Shown here: one piece after another, positions 1 through 10,643 of the stretch
Numbering within the stretch: position 1 is the first letter of the stretch
Layout: every line of letters begins with the position of its first letter
Assembly (NCBI GenBank): GCA_012103255.1
Contig: WLXD01000003.1
Coordinates: 141,984-205,983, forward strand
Source: Acidobacteriota bacterium
Lineage (GTDB): Bacteria; Acidobacteriota; UBA890; WLXD01
Direction: 5' to 3'
DNA length: 64,000 nucleotides
Notes under the pieces: generated by a model
What the model saw: the letters and a program-made list of their open reading frames with translations, nothing else
Told to the model about the DNA's origin: nothing
Databases searched by the model: none
Program-made: the position numbers and the translations under genes

Positions 1-561
1 ATAGAAGTCCTGATCGAGACCCGCGACTTGCGTCTGCCTGATGTCCTCGACTACGCCAACACCATGATTCGGATAAACAATATAGTCGCCAACACCAAAC
101 CGCACAGGCAGCCTCCAAGAACACAGAGCCCCAAATATCGATCGACGATCGATTCACCATCGTAGCCGAATAGCAGGCGAAATTCAAGTCACCGGAGCCG
201 TGGAAACGCCGTGTTTCAAGGGCTTTTCGCCAATCGGTTGACTTCCACGGTGGCTCGGCAATAATGCTCGATCACCAGGCGATCCCCCTGGCCGCTGGGT
301 CCGTCCTTCGGCGCATGTGATCGTCCGGCAACGCGAGCTGCTAGCGCTGCTCGCTCTCGACGGCACTGGTAACACCGATGCGTGGCGCTGTCTCGACCAC
401 TCATCGGGCGGGAGGCTTACCGGAAAGCACCGAGAGCCGAAGCTGGCACTCATCGAACTGGGCCGTCTTGGGGCCGACCCGTTCACGCCGGACCGAATCT
501 GCGCCCCGGGACGTGCCAAGGGAGGCCGTTCGCGGGGATCGCCTGGCGTTTTTTTGCGGCG

Positions 562-2661
562 CTAGCGCCCGGCCACCACCGAGGCACGCCGCGCCGGCCG
601 CAGCGCCCGCTCAGCTGCTTCAAGCTCTGCCGTTACAGCGCGCAGGCTACCAGCGAGACCTCCAAGCGCCGCCGCCGTGTTCAAGATGTCGCCGCGACGC
701 AGCGGCTCTGCGACGGCCGGCAGTAGCAATGAGCTATAGGTGTCCTGCGGATCGGGGGCAAGCAGGACGCTCTGGTTCCAGCCGGAAGACGGCACGAGCA
801 GTCGGCGTAGTGCCCGCCGCATGTGCCGGTTGGCCTCGTCGTACGCCGCAACGGGCAGCTCTTCGGCGGATCGTGTCTGGGCACGGAGCCGACCGGCAGC
901 GACCGCCAGCTTGCCGACGGCAGACCAGGATTCTCTCAGGCCCGGAACACCGCGCTCGTGTCCCTGGAGTCGCAATTCACGTCTCACGGCGTTGAGGCCT
1001 TCGATCAGGTCTTGCGCCAGCGGCCGGTAATCCAACCCCGCAACGTTGTCATTGCCCAGACTCCACATCAGCCACGTGGCCAGCGAGGCGGCCGACTTGT
1101 GCTGGCGATAGCCGGGGTCACCGAACCGTTCCATGAACTCCAGCGAGTCGTACTGGGAGTGGTAGACCCCGGAGGCGGCCGAGAAGCCGAACCCGATGGC
1201 AGGAACCCCGGCGATGGTGGTGAAGGGCGCGTAGTCAGATCCCCCGCCGGGAAGACCAATCGGTGCGGCGGGGATACGTCCTCGCCAGCCCCTGAGCACG
1301 CTGGTACCGGGCAGCACGGGGTCTGCAACAGCGTCAGCCCCTTCGAGCAGCACCGACCGCAGCGATGGCGACGCCACTGCGGAGAAGTACGGCCCGCCGG
1401 CCACGCCGTCGAGGTTGATGTACGCCACTGCATTTTCGAGCGCTCCGATGTGCTGCTCAACCCATTCAGTGGAGCCGATCAGTCCCCATTCCTCGGCGTC
1501 CCAAGCGGCGAACACCAGCGATCGTTCCGGGCGGTTGCCACGAAGGGCCTGCGTCGCGACGACCCGAGCGGTTTCCAGCATGGCGACGGTCCCGGACACG
1601 TTGTCGATTGCGCCGCGCGTCCACGAGTCGTAGTGCGCGCCGAGAATCACCCATTCATCCGGCCGGCGGCTGCCTTCGACAATTCCCACCACATTCCGTA
1701 TGCGGCGCCAAGGGGACTCCTCGTACTCCACGGGCACCCGGACGGGCGTGCCCATGCCCCCGTAACGGTACGGGCTGCTCAGGGCCCCCTGCCAGGCGGC
1801 AGGAGCAGTGACGCCCTCGAGTTCGGCGAGCATCGCCGCGATGTCGGCGTAGCCCATTGCAACGACCGGAATAGTCGGCAGCCCCTCGGTCGGCGCGCGA
1901 CGCTCGGCTCCAACCAGCGCCGCGCGCCCGGGCGAGGCAGGATCTCCTGGTGCGCCGATCTTCACGGAGCCGCGCTGAATCGCGTTCGGAGGACGGAACG
2001 GTCCGTCGGGGTAGACGGCGCCTCGTGCAAAACCGTCGTCGGCAGGATCCGAGAAGAGAATTACGGCTGCGGCACCGGCCGCCTCCGCGTTTCGAACCTT
2101 GTCGCCGCGGAAAATCCGACCATATCGGATCAGCGCCACCTTCCCGGCGACGTCCACTCCCGCTCCTCGCAAGGTCGCGAAGTCATCGGTGCTGCCGTAG
2201 TTCGCGTACACCAGCGGCGCCAGTACGTCGCCGGAGGCCGAGTAGCCCGCCGCAACAGGATTGACGCGACTCGGAAGTTCCCGATCCTCAGCCTCAAACG
2301 CCGTCGTCGCGATCGCAGCCTTGTCGCCCGCGACCTGCACGCTCACGCGCGAGGCATGCGGGAGCCAAACGTCGTATTCGTAGGTGCGCACGTCGATGCC
2401 CCACGAGCGCATCAGAGTCGAAATCTGCACTGCCGCCCGCGCTGCCCCCGGGGTCCCGGCGACGCGAGGGCGGTCGCCCAGAAGATGCGCCATCTCGCGG
2501 AGGCCTTCGGCGGTGGGCCCGTTCGAAACGCTGGCCGCGACCGGCCGCACCCCTCGCTCCGGCGGGGTCGCGATGAGCGACGGCGCGGCCAACAGGGTCA
2601 GGCCGAGCGCGGCACATAAACCGCGCCCCGTACGAGTGTGTGATCGGGTCTCCCAGAACAT
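562..2661 (-). CDS. M28 family peptidase, glutamate carboxypeptidase II/NAALADase-like (PA domain + TfR-dimer-like C-terminus)
   Basis: Signal peptide; PA domain YANYG...GKVALIRYG..FRGDKVRNAE..GA; Zn ligands GAHYDSW, GAIDNVSG, WDAEEWGLIGS, YINLD, GGGSDY, YHSQYD. Confidence 0.9.
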   Translation of the reverse strand: MFWETRSHTRTGRGLCAALGLTLLAAPSLIATPPERGVRPVAASVSNGPTAEGLREMAHLLGDRPRVAGTPGAARAAVQISTLMRSWGIDVRTYEYDVWLPHASRVSVQVAGDKAAIATTAFEAEDRELPSRVNPVAAGYSASGDVLAPLVYANYGSTDDFATLRGAGVDVAGKVALIRYGRIFRGDKVRNAEAAGAAAVILFSDPADDGFARGAVYPDGPFRPPNAIQRGSVKIGAPGDPASPGRAALVGAERRAPTEGLPTIPVVAMGYADIAAMLAELEGVTAPAAWQGALSSPYRYGGMGTPVRVPVEYEESPWRRIRNVVGIVEGSRRPDEWVILGAHYDSWTRGAIDNVSGTVAMLETARVVATQALRGNRPERSLVFAAWDAEEWGLIGSTEWVEQHIGALENAVAYINLDGVAGGPYFSAVASPSLRSVLLEGADAVADPVLPGTSVLRGWRGRIPAAPIGLPGGGSDYAPFTTIAGVPAIGFGFSAASGVYHSQYDSLEFMERFGDPGYRQHKSAASLATWLMWSLGNDNVAGLDYRPLAQDLIEGLNAVRRELRLQGHERGVPGLRESWSAVGKLAVAAGRLRAQTRSAEELPVAAYDEANRHMRRALRRLLVPSSGWNQSVLLAPDPQDTYSSLLLPAVAEPLRRGDILNTAAALGGLAGSLRAVTAELEAAERALRPARRASVVAGR

Positions 2662-2938
2662 GGTGCGCTCAGCCTAGTGAGCAACCCCGCTCATCGTCAA
2701 AGACCCGTGGCCCGGCCTGGCCGGCGCAGTCGGGTGCGAACTGGCCGTCGAAATACCGACACCTGTCGGCCCGCCAACGACGCTATGGGGACAATCTGCA
2801 CCATAGGCGGCCACATCGACTCCGGTCTGAGCCCACCGGGACAGTCTGGCGCGCCGTTTCGGCAGATACCGCCCGCACGGCACGACGCTTGCAATGACTG
2901 TTGGCGGGTCGAAAAAGCGCGAGGCCGCCGTCCACACG

Positions 2939-3748
2939 ATGCCTCGGAAGTTCAGGTTACTGATGCAGAAGATGGCGAAGGCACTCGTATACGGTCTGGT
3001 CGCGGCAATCGCCCTTGGCGGGCCGCTCTACGCAACGGCGCTACCCGGCGAACCGGATGGCCCAGAGCCGGCTCCGCAATCACCGGACGGCTTCCGGTTC
3101 TCAGCACCCAAGGGCTCGGTCGGGCTCCGGGTTGGTTATCTACTAGCTGGTGCGGACGGCGAGATTTTCGACTTCATCACAGATCAGTTAACTGTCGACA
3201 AGGGCGACTTCAACGCACCGGTCTTCGCCTTCGACATGGGCTGGAACATCAGCGACCGCGTCGAGTTGGTCGGCGGAGTCGAATACAGCCGATCGAGCAC
3301 GCGGTCCGAGTATCGCGACTATGTCGACCAGGACGATATTCCGATCGTCCAGGACACTCGGCTGACTCAGGTGCCACTGACGTTGAGCGCGCGGTTCTAC
3401 CTGACGCCACGCGGCCGCAGCGTGGGACAGTACGCATGGGTGCCATCGGCATTCGCGTTCTACGTCGGCGGCGGTGGCGGAGCCACCTGGTACCGGCTCG
3501 AACAGGAAGGCGAGTTCGTCGACTTCCGCGATCTGGTGATCTTCGAAGACCTGTTTATCTCTGATGGCTGGGCGTTCTCCGGCCACGCATTCGCCGGCCT
3601 CGATATCAGGCTGGGTCGCTCCATCGGACTCGTCGTCGAGGGGCGCTACCAATTCGCCAGCCACGATCTCACCGGTAGCTTTGTCGGATTCGAACCGATC
3701 GATCTCAGCGGCCTGCGCCTGATGGGCGGCGTGTCCTTCAAGTTCTAG
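2939..3748 (+). CDS. Outer-membrane beta-barrel protein (start uncertain: 2939/2963/2972)
   Basis: Signal peptide, alternating beta-strand pattern, C-terminal GGVSFKF aromatic Bam motif. Confidence 0.7.
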   Translation: MPRKFRLLMQKMAKALVYGLVAAIALGGPLYATALPGEPDGPEPAPQSPDGFRFSAPKGSVGLRVGYLLAGADGEIFDFITDQLTVDKGDFNAPVFAFDMGWNISDRVELVGGVEYSRSSTRSEYRDYVDQDDIPIVQDTRLTQVPLTLSARFYLTPRGRSVGQYAWVPSAFAFYVGGGGGATWYRLEQEGEFVDFRDLVIFEDLFISDGWAFSGHAFAGLDIRLGRSIGLVVEGRYQFASHDLTGSFVGFEPIDLSGLRLMGGVSFKF

Positions 3749-3758
3749 GAGCAAACTC

Positions 3759-4922
3759 ATGCGATACCTAGCTGCTTCTCTCACACTCGCTCTCGGCGCG
3801 GCACTTCCCGGCGCAGCCTCCGAACAGGAAGCCGGCCTCCAGTGGAACGGCTGCTGGAGTCTCGAAGGCGCCCGTGCAGAGGCGGTCGAAGAAAGCGCCG
3901 GCGAGCGGATGGTGTGCACGTCGCTCGCCGGTTTCGGACTCGATGTGTCCACGCGTGTTGACGGCGAAGAAGTACGCCGCGACACGCTGTTGCTCGACGG
4001 CACGGGCCGCCAGGTCGAAGACGGCGGCTGTTCGGGAATCGAGCAGGCCTTCGCCTCAGCCGATGGTCAGCGCTTGTTCACGACCTCGGATCTGCGCTGC
4101 GAAGGCGGAACCCAGCGCGCCGCGTCGGGCATCTCCGCGCTTCTCTCGCCCGATGTCTGGCTCGACATCCAGGTCGTGAGAGTCGGACAAGAGCGTGAAC
4201 TGATGGTGCGCCGATTCCGCTTCGACCCGGTGGCTTCCCGCGCGTTGTGGCAAGACACTGGCGACGTGGACCTCGCTGCGCGAACAGCCCGCACCGGGGC
4301 GGCGTCGGTGGTCACCGAAGAGGATGTGATCGAGGCGACCGGCGTTGTCGATACGGCCGCGATCGAGGCATGGCTCATCGAGTCTGACGCGTCATTTGCA
4401 CTCGATGCGAGCCGGCTCATGGCTCTGGCCAATGCGGACGTGGCGCCGGAGCTGATCGACCTCATGGTGGCATTGTCGTTCCCCGACTACTTCGTAGTGA
4501 ACGAAGATCCCGAAGCTGCTCGAGGCCCCGCCGCCTACGGCTACCCCGTGAGTTTCTACGGCTACTACAGCCCCGCGTTCGCCCCATTCGGATGGGGCTA
4601 CTACCCCTGGTACTCGGGCTATCCCGGATACGGCTACCCGGGATACGGCAACCCCGGACGCCCCGGCGTCATTCTGCCCGGCAGCCCGCGATACGGCGGC
4701 CGCGTGGTAAACGGGAAGGGCTACGCGCGCGTCACGACCAACCCAGACGCGCCCTCCGGTGACTTCGGCAGCTTCCTTCGCAACGGCGGCAAGAGCCGTG
4801 GCGGTGGTGGAGGTTCGCAGAACGGTGGCGGTGGGGGCAGCGTTTCCGGCGCGGGCTCGTCCAGCGGCGGCGGCTCGAAGGCCGGCAAGACACGGACTGC
4901 CAAGCGGCGCGGCGACGGCTAG
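3759..4922 (+). CDS. Secreted hypothetical protein with Tyr/Gly/Pro-rich and Gly/Ser-rich C-terminal tail
   Basis: GGAG RBS, starts 10 nt after upstream stop, signal peptide, YPGYGYPGYG and GGGGGS low-complexity tail. Confidence 0.7.
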   Translation: MRYLAASLTLALGAALPGAASEQEAGLQWNGCWSLEGARAEAVEESAGERMVCTSLAGFGLDVSTRVDGEEVRRDTLLLDGTGRQVEDGGCSGIEQAFASADGQRLFTTSDLRCEGGTQRAASGISALLSPDVWLDIQVVRVGQERELMVRRFRFDPVASRALWQDTGDVDLAARTARTGAASVVTEEDVIEATGVVDTAAIEAWLIESDASFALDASRLMALANADVAPELIDLMVALSFPDYFVVNEDPEAARGPAAYGYPVSFYGYYSPAFAPFGWGYYPWYSGYPGYGYPGYGNPGRPGVILPGSPRYGGRVVNGKGYARVTTNPDAPSGDFGSFLRNGGKSRGGGGGSQNGGGGGSVSGAGSSSGGGSKAGKTRTAKRRGDG

Positions 4923-4924
4923 CG

Positions 4925-6130
4925 CTACTCTTCGCCGCCACTCGTGGAACGGAGATGGAGCTGGAGGCCCGTGTCATCGCGGGTCTCCAGCGCAACTGCC
5001 TGACGGCCGTGTAGCACGTCCAGCAATAACGCTCCCACGCTCTCGCGGCGCCACCCGCGGAGCACCGGCAACCGAGGCTCCTCGTCTCGCTCCTCCAGGC
5101 GCCAGCGTGCCAGCGCTTCCAGATCGCGCCGGTTGGCCAGGATTCGCGAAGAGAGTCGCATCTTCGCGGCCTCCCCGCGAAGCACCGAGTCCAGCAGGGC
5201 CGCCATCATCTCGATGCGTGGATCGCCCACGCGTGCGGGCGGCGTGCCCCAGTCGGGATATTCAGCTTCGGGGAGTGCCGCAGCCCTGGCCACCGCGTCG
5301 ATCAGCGCCTGGCCGGATCGCTGCGCCTCTCGCGGATGCAGACCGCGGAGATTCTCCACCTGCTTCATGCGCTTCGGCCCGCGCTTGGCAATCTCGACGA
5401 GAATGCGATCGGGCACGACCCGTTGGCGTGGAATATCCCGCCGCTGAGCTTCGCGTTCGCGCCAGGCCGCGACCTCCTGCAATGCTGCAAGCTTCCTACC
5501 TCGGAGGCTGCGTGCACCCCGCACCTTGCGCCACATGGCTTCCGGATCCGCCTCGGGCTGCACGGCGCTCGCGATCGCATCGAGTTCTTCTCGCACCCAG
5601 CTTCCTCGCTGTGCCGCATCGAGTTCCCCCGACAGCCGATCCGCAATCTCCAACAGATAGCGAACGTCATCGAGGGCGTACTCAATCTGGCTATCGCTCA
5701 GGGGTCTCCGCGTCCAGTCGGTATAGGCCTCGGAATGTCCGGGCGTGCGTCCGATGATGCGGTCCACGAGTCGCGCATATCCGATGCTGTCGCCGTAGCC
5801 GAGAAACGCAGCCGCGATCTGAGTATCGAAGTGGCGTTCGGGGACGCGGCCCGCAAGGCCGGCGATGATCTCGAGGTCCTGAGAGGCCGCGTGAAAAACG
5901 ACCTCTGGGCCACCATTCACGGCATTCCATAGTGGTTCAAGGTTGTCGACGGCAAGCGGATCGACGGCCGCAAGCACGTCATCCGTGGCGATCTGTACCA
6001 GGCACAGCTTCGCGTAGTAGGTACGCTCGCGCATGAATTCGGTGTCGAGCGCGATCCTCGGTGCGTCGCGAACCTGGCCGGCAAGCTCGTCGAGCGCGGC
6101 CTGATCTCGGATGTACTGATGTTGTGCCAT
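4925..6130 (-). CDS. rnd: Ribonuclease D
   Basis: IALDTEFMRERTYYAKLCLVQI, VFHAASQDLE, FDTQIAAAFLG, DWTRRPLS..QIEYALDDV, HRDC region; real start MAQHQY at 6130 rather than the 6697 ORF start. Confidence 0.93.
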   Translation of the reverse strand: MAQHQYIRDQAALDELAGQVRDAPRIALDTEFMRERTYYAKLCLVQIATDDVLAAVDPLAVDNLEPLWNAVNGGPEVVFHAASQDLEIIAGLAGRVPERHFDTQIAAAFLGYGDSIGYARLVDRIIGRTPGHSEAYTDWTRRPLSDSQIEYALDDVRYLLEIADRLSGELDAAQRGSWVREELDAIASAVQPEADPEAMWRKVRGARSLRGRKLAALQEVAAWREREAQRRDIPRQRVVPDRILVEIAKRGPKRMKQVENLRGLHPREAQRSGQALIDAVARAAALPEAEYPDWGTPPARVGDPRIEMMAALLDSVLRGEAAKMRLSSRILANRRDLEALARWRLEERDEEPRLPVLRGWRRESVGALLLDVLHGRQAVALETRDDTGLQLHLRSTSGGEE

Positions 6131-6181
6131 GTAGAGTCCCGAACTGACGATTCCCTCCATGGACGTTAACCGATCGGAGCC

Positions 6182-7687
6182 ATGCAAGGAGCCACGCCCG
6201 AGCTCAGCCCGGCTCTGCGAGCCCCCATCGAGGAGTTCGAGAACTTCTTCGCGAGTCCGTCGAGTGGACGCGCCCGCTCGATGGCAGCACCGAGCGCCGG
6301 CAGTGAGCAGCGGCGTGCCTGGCCCTCCAGCAGCGACGTCGACCCCTGCGCCGATTCGGCGGTCGCGCTTGCGCGTCGACTCGCCCGCGGCGACGTCGAC
6401 GCAACGGAGATCGTCGAGGGCACGCTGCGGCGAGCGCGCAGAGAGGAGTCCCTCAACGCTTTCATCACGATCTCCGAGACTCGACTGCGCGACGAGTCGC
6501 GAGCCGCCGCCGCACTGGTGGGCGTCCATTCCCTCGCCGGCGTGCCCCTGGCCCACAAGGACATCATCGCCACCAAGGACGTGCGCACCACCGGCGGCTC
6601 GGACTCCCGAGCCAACGCGGTGCCCACAACCGACGCCGAGATCGTCCGACGCTTCCGCGTCCGGGGCCTGCCATTGGTCGGCAAGACCAACACTCATGAA
6701 CTCGCCACCGGCATCACCGGTCAGGTCAGTGCCGCGGGCGCGGTGATGAATCCCTGGGACACCACTCGAGTCACCGGTGGAAGCAGCAGCGGGTCCGCCG
6801 CGGCCGTGGCCGCGGGCGTCGTGACGCTAGCAACGGCAACAGACACGGGGGGGTCGGCGCGGATCCCGGCGGCTTGCTGCGGCGTGGTGGGCTTCAAACC
6901 GACTTACGCAGCGGTTCCTGCGCATGGCGTGATCCCGTTCTCGTGGACGCTCGATCACGTGGGTCTCATGGCCCGCTATTCCAACGACATATCGGCCGCG
7001 GCCTCTTGTCTGGGACTACGACCGACTCCCGCGCGTGATCGCGCGTCGCTCGCCGGCCTTCGCTTCGCACTACCCGAACACCTGCTTGCCGAGGCCGATC
7101 CAGCCGTTGCCGACCTGGTGGGCGAGGTTGCCACCAGGCTCGAGGCAGATGGCGCGCATCGGGTCGATCCGCAGTGGCCGAGCTGGTTCGACCACGCAGA
7201 CGGAATCGCCGCTTCGATTTTTCTGTCGGAGGGCGCCGCGGTGCATAGCGACGTGTTGGCCGACGATGCAGCTCTGCTGCAGCCGCCTACCCGAGCTCTG
7301 TTGCGTTCGGCCGACGCCATTGCGACGGGCAGCTACACCATGGCTTTGGCCGGCCGCCAGGCGAGCATCCGGGCAGCGAACAGTTTCTTCAGTGAGGTGG
7401 ACGTACTGCTATCCCCCGCCCTACCCATAGGTGCTCCGCGAATTGATCAGGAAATGATTGCACTGCCGGAGGGCACCGTGGATGTGCGCGCCGCACTCAC
7501 CCGTTACACGCGCCTATGGAACGTGACCGGTAATCCGGTGGTCTGCGTGCCGTGCGGCATCGCCGAAGGCCTGCCCGTAGGCGTGCAGTTCATCGGTCCC
7601 CGCCACAATGATCGTGGCCTTCTCGGTGTGGCGGGTCGTTACGAGCAACTGCGCGGCCGCTTCCCGTCGGCGCCGGCCAGCGGCTAG
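6182..7687 (+). CDS. Amidase signature family enzyme (GatA-like; start 6182 or 6281)
   Basis: [51 protein letters not shown]. Confidence 0.9.
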   Translation: MQGATPELSPALRAPIEEFENFFASPSSGRARSMAAPSAGSEQRRAWPSSSDVDPCADSAVALARRLARGDVDATEIVEGTLRRARREESLNAFITISETRLRDESRAAAALVGVHSLAGVPLAHKDIIATKDVRTTGGSDSRANAVPTTDAEIVRRFRVRGLPLVGKTNTHELATGITGQVSAAGAVMNPWDTTRVTGGSSSGSAAAVAAGVVTLATATDTGGSARIPAACCGVVGFKPTYAAVPAHGVIPFSWTLDHVGLMARYSNDISAAASCLGLRPTPARDRASLAGLRFALPEHLLAEADPAVADLVGEVATRLEADGAHRVDPQWPSWFDHADGIAASIFLSEGAAVHSDVLADDAALLQPPTRALLRSADAIATGSYTMALAGRQASIRAANSFFSEVDVLLSPALPIGAPRIDQEMIALPEGTVDVRAALTRYTRLWNVTGNPVVCVPCGIAEGLPVGVQFIGPRHNDRGLLGVAGRYEQLRGRFPSAPASG

Positions 7688-7697
7688 CAAGCAGGAT

Positions 7698-8108
7698 TCA
7701 GCTGAAGTCGGTCGAGAGGTGCAACGAAGTGCGCTTGGCGCGCTGCCGATTCCACATCCAGACCATGCCGAGACTGGCCCAGGCGCCGAGCAAAACCAGG
7801 CTACCGATCACGCGGCCCTCGAGGCGAGCCAGAGTCCGGCCCATGTCGACGGTGGTCTCCCACGCGCCCATGTCCATCATCGCCAGGTTGTAGGTATCAG
7901 GCGACACACGTTCCAGGGAAGCGAGCTCCTGGTTCGTGTAGGGCGGCTCGGGCAGATAGCGATCGTCAAACACGTACTCGCCAGCGCGGCCACCGACTAC
8001 CCCCGCAACCCAGATCGATGCCCAGGCAGCGAGCAGGAGCACCGCGGCGCGCTGCCACGGAAAACTGGGCGGTGCTTCGAGTTCGTCGGGATATGGGTCG
8101 GTTGCCAT
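7698..8108 (-). CDS. Small two-TM membrane protein
   Basis: AAGGTG RBS; two hydrophobic segments. Confidence 0.6.
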   Translation of the reverse strand: MATDPYPDELEAPPSFPWQRAAVLLLAAWASIWVAGVVGGRAGEYVFDDRYLPEPPYTNQELASLERVSPDTYNLAMMDMGAWETTVDMGRTLARLEGRVIGSLVLLGAWASLGMVWMWNRQRAKRTSLHLSTDFS

Positions 8109-8137
8109 CGGTTCACCTTGAATGACTAATACTATCT

Positions 8138-8160
8138 AAAACTATCTTTTCAATAGTTTT
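8138..8160. promoter_or_regulatory. AT-rich palindromic operator candidate AAAACTAT-N7-ATAGTTTT
   Basis: Perfect 8-bp inverted repeat in an AT-rich patch 30-50 bp upstream of the 8108 start. Confidence 0.4.
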
Positions 8161-8394
8161 CAGCACTCATAATGACTGAATCCATGCACCGTCAACAAGC
8201 CTTAGATGCCCGTTGCGCCACAAAGTTGGAAGCGCGCCGAACAACGAGGAGACGCCTAGGATCCATGGCTCGTACTGCCGGCGGGCGCCGAACCCTGGGT
8301 GTAGAATCGATGTCAGCAGCCGCTCTTCCAGCTCCGAGCGCTGCTCTCGCGCCGCGATCGGCGCCCTTCGCCTAGCACCTCGACTGACGCATTC

Positions 8395-9555
8395 ATGTCC
8401 TCGACTCCGTCTCCTGACGCGGCTGCTCGCCACCGCATCGGCATCTACGACCAGGGCGAACCCGGCCCGACGATCCTCGTCATGTCGGCACTGCATGGCA
8501 ACGAACCCGCCGGATTCCGGGCGTTCGAGCGGGTGTACGAGCGTCTCCTGGCGGACAAGACGCCGTTTCGGGGCCGACTCGTCGGCTTTGTTGGCAACCT
8601 CACGGCACTCGACAAGCAGCAACGCTTCATCGACGAGGACCTCAATCGCATCTGGCAGCCGGGCGACATCGCACGGCGCGCTGCGATCCCCTGGGAGGAG
8701 CGTTCCAGCGAAGGCCGCCAGCAGGCGGAGTTGCTAGCCGCGCTGGAAGGGGAGCTGGGCCAGGCGAGCAACGAGCCCATTTACTTTCTCGACCTGCACA
8801 CGAGCTCCGCTCAAGGGAAACCGTTCGTGTGCATCGGCGACACCTTGCGCAATCGCAACTTCGCCACTCAGTTCCCAGTGCCCGTGATCCTCGGTCTCGA
8901 GGAGCAAGTGGACGGTGCGATGCTCGAATACGTGAACAATCTCGGGCATGTGACCGTGGGCGTAGAAGCAGGTCAACACGACGACCCGACATCGATCGAC
9001 TTCCACGAAGCGTTCGTGTCTCTGGCCCTTGTCGGAACGGGATGCGTACACCGCAACGACCTCTCCTGTTACAACGAGATGCGGGCGCGACTCGATGCCG
9101 CGGGTGCCTCGTTGCCCCGAGTTCTCGAGGTGCGCCATCGTCACCCGGTGTCAGCGGCCGATGACTTCCAGATGCGACCCGGCTACGAGAACTTCCAGCC
9201 TGTGAAGGTTGGAGAAGAACTCGCTCAAGATGCGCGCGGCGCAGTGCAGGCGCCGGAGACCGGCCGCGTCCTGTTGCCGCTCTACCAGGGACAGGGCGAC
9301 GACGGATACTTCCTGGTGCGCGAATTCGCCAAGTTCTGGTTGGCGGTGTCGGCGTTGCTGCGCAGGCTCAAGCTCGGACGGTGCGCCCGCTGGTTACCCG
9401 GGGTCCATGTGCACCATGGCGACGCCAACACGCTCGTCGTGAACCGCGGCGTGGCGCGCTGGTTCACCGTGGAGATCTTCCACTTGCTGGGCTACCGGAA
9501 GGAGCGCTCGGACGGTGATCAGTTGCTCTTCTCGCGCCGTGTCGAAGACTTCTGA
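8395..9555 (+). CDS. Succinylglutamate desuccinylase/aspartoacylase family (M14-like) protein
   Basis: LHGNEPAG, GNL.A....RFIDEDLNRIW, LDLHT, EAGQH. Confidence 0.88.
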   Translation: MSSTPSPDAAARHRIGIYDQGEPGPTILVMSALHGNEPAGFRAFERVYERLLADKTPFRGRLVGFVGNLTALDKQQRFIDEDLNRIWQPGDIARRAAIPWEERSSEGRQQAELLAALEGELGQASNEPIYFLDLHTSSAQGKPFVCIGDTLRNRNFATQFPVPVILGLEEQVDGAMLEYVNNLGHVTVGVEAGQHDDPTSIDFHEAFVSLALVGTGCVHRNDLSCYNEMRARLDAAGASLPRVLEVRHRHPVSAADDFQMRPGYENFQPVKVGEELAQDARGAVQAPETGRVLLPLYQGQGDDGYFLVREFAKFWLAVSALLRRLKLGRCARWLPGVHVHHGDANTLVVNRGVARWFTVEIFHLLGYRKERSDGDQLLFSRRVEDF

Positions 9556-9561
9556 GCAGGA

Positions 9562-10593
9562 CTAACCGTCGAGGAAGATGTCGGGCCACTGGTCGTTGCC
9601 TGAGAAGAACGTCAAGCGCCTAGCGCTCTCCCACGAGTCCCCTACCCGCCACGCGTAGATCTCGTAGTCGGCGCGATCGTGCTCATGCCCCTCAGCCGCA
9701 GCGGCCCACACCATCCACGAACCGTCCGACGACAACTTCGGGAAGTACTCGTGGCTGCGATCGCCTGGCAGGTCCATGAAGACATCGCTGCGACTGCCGT
9801 CGGCTGAGCCGCGCATCACGCGCGTTCCACCGTTACCTTCGGCCTCCATCCACAAGAGGTCGCTTGTCCCTGGCACCCAGGTCGTCTGGCACACGTGACC
9901 GGGCGTGAGTCGCAAGAATTCGCCGCCGTCGGTAGGTGTAACGATGGCGCCGAACCGGGCCAGAACCATAGCGAGCTGATTCCCGTCAGGATGCAATTCG
10001 GGATCCCCGAGATCGCGCCCCTCGGCACTCGCCGTGGTGTCGAACAGAACCCGCTCCGTCTCTGCGGCCAGGTCCAACTCGATCACCTGCTTGTCGCGCT
10101 GGAAGACGATACGTTCGCTTGCGCTCCAGGTGGGATGGTAGCCGCGACGCGCGACGCGACGCGATGCCCCCGAATCGAGATCCATCACGTGCACGTCCCA
10201 CGCGTTCGTTTCCCGAAACGACACCCACTCCCGCCGGCTCCGCATGAACACCAGCCGGGTGCCGTCCGGCGAGAAACGTGCGCCGAAGTCCACGTTGGGA
10301 TGATCGGTTAGCTGCTCGAGCTTGCCTGCTGGTAGCCGCACCAGGTACAGCTCGTGATTGCCGGACCGGTTCGAACTCCACACGAGGCGCCCGGACAACT
10401 GCTCCCCGAGGGCCTGCCACTGTGCGCGCTCGCGCTCCTCATTCAGAGCAAGCCCGGATGCTTGGGGCGGCACCCAGCTTGTGGTGAAGCGATCAACCAC
10501 CGCGCGAGCCGGACCCCAGATGAACAAAGCCGCCGTCGCCACGAGGGCGCCGGCGGCCAGCCCGATAAGCGTTGGCGTGCGTCCGCGCCGCAT
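9562..10593 (-). CDS. TolB-like PD40-repeat beta-propeller protein
   Basis: WSSNRSGNHELY, ARFSPDG, HPTWS, FPKLSSDG repeats; AGGTGAG RBS before ATG 10593. Confidence 0.8.
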   Translation of the reverse strand: MRRGRTPTLIGLAAGALVATAALFIWGPARAVVDRFTTSWVPPQASGLALNEERERAQWQALGEQLSGRLVWSSNRSGNHELYLVRLPAGKLEQLTDHPNVDFGARFSPDGTRLVFMRSRREWVSFRETNAWDVHVMDLDSGASRRVARRGYHPTWSASERIVFQRDKQVIELDLAAETERVLFDTTASAEGRDLGDPELHPDGNQLAMVLARFGAIVTPTDGGEFLRLTPGHVCQTTWVPGTSDLLWMEAEGNGGTRVMRGSADGSRSDVFMDLPGDRSHEYFPKLSSDGSWMVWAAAAEGHEHDRADYEIYAWRVGDSWESARRLTFFSGNDQWPDIFLDG

Positions 10594-10643
10594 CTCACCT
10601 GCCCGAACAGGCTCGGAGGGCGCTTCTGCACGCATCGCGGTGC

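Noticed and set aside
186-260. ACTTCCAC and TTTCAAGGGCTT motifs resembling the cassette end
   Set aside because: The 8-mer also occurs inside ordinary CDS (e.g. near 9000, 35530, 52244), consistent with chance, and there is no tRNA fragment nearby. Region 1-560 could not be assigned.
823-2619. Long antisense ORFs (also 10572-11966, 22428-23906, 60265-61710 and many shorter ones)
   Set aside because: Shadow frames of well-supported genes on the opposite strand, expected in high-GC DNA; no family motifs
6131-6697. Apparent 190-aa N-terminal extension of RNase D
   Set aside because: It is the antisense of the amidase gene; RNase D homology begins at MAQHQY (6130)
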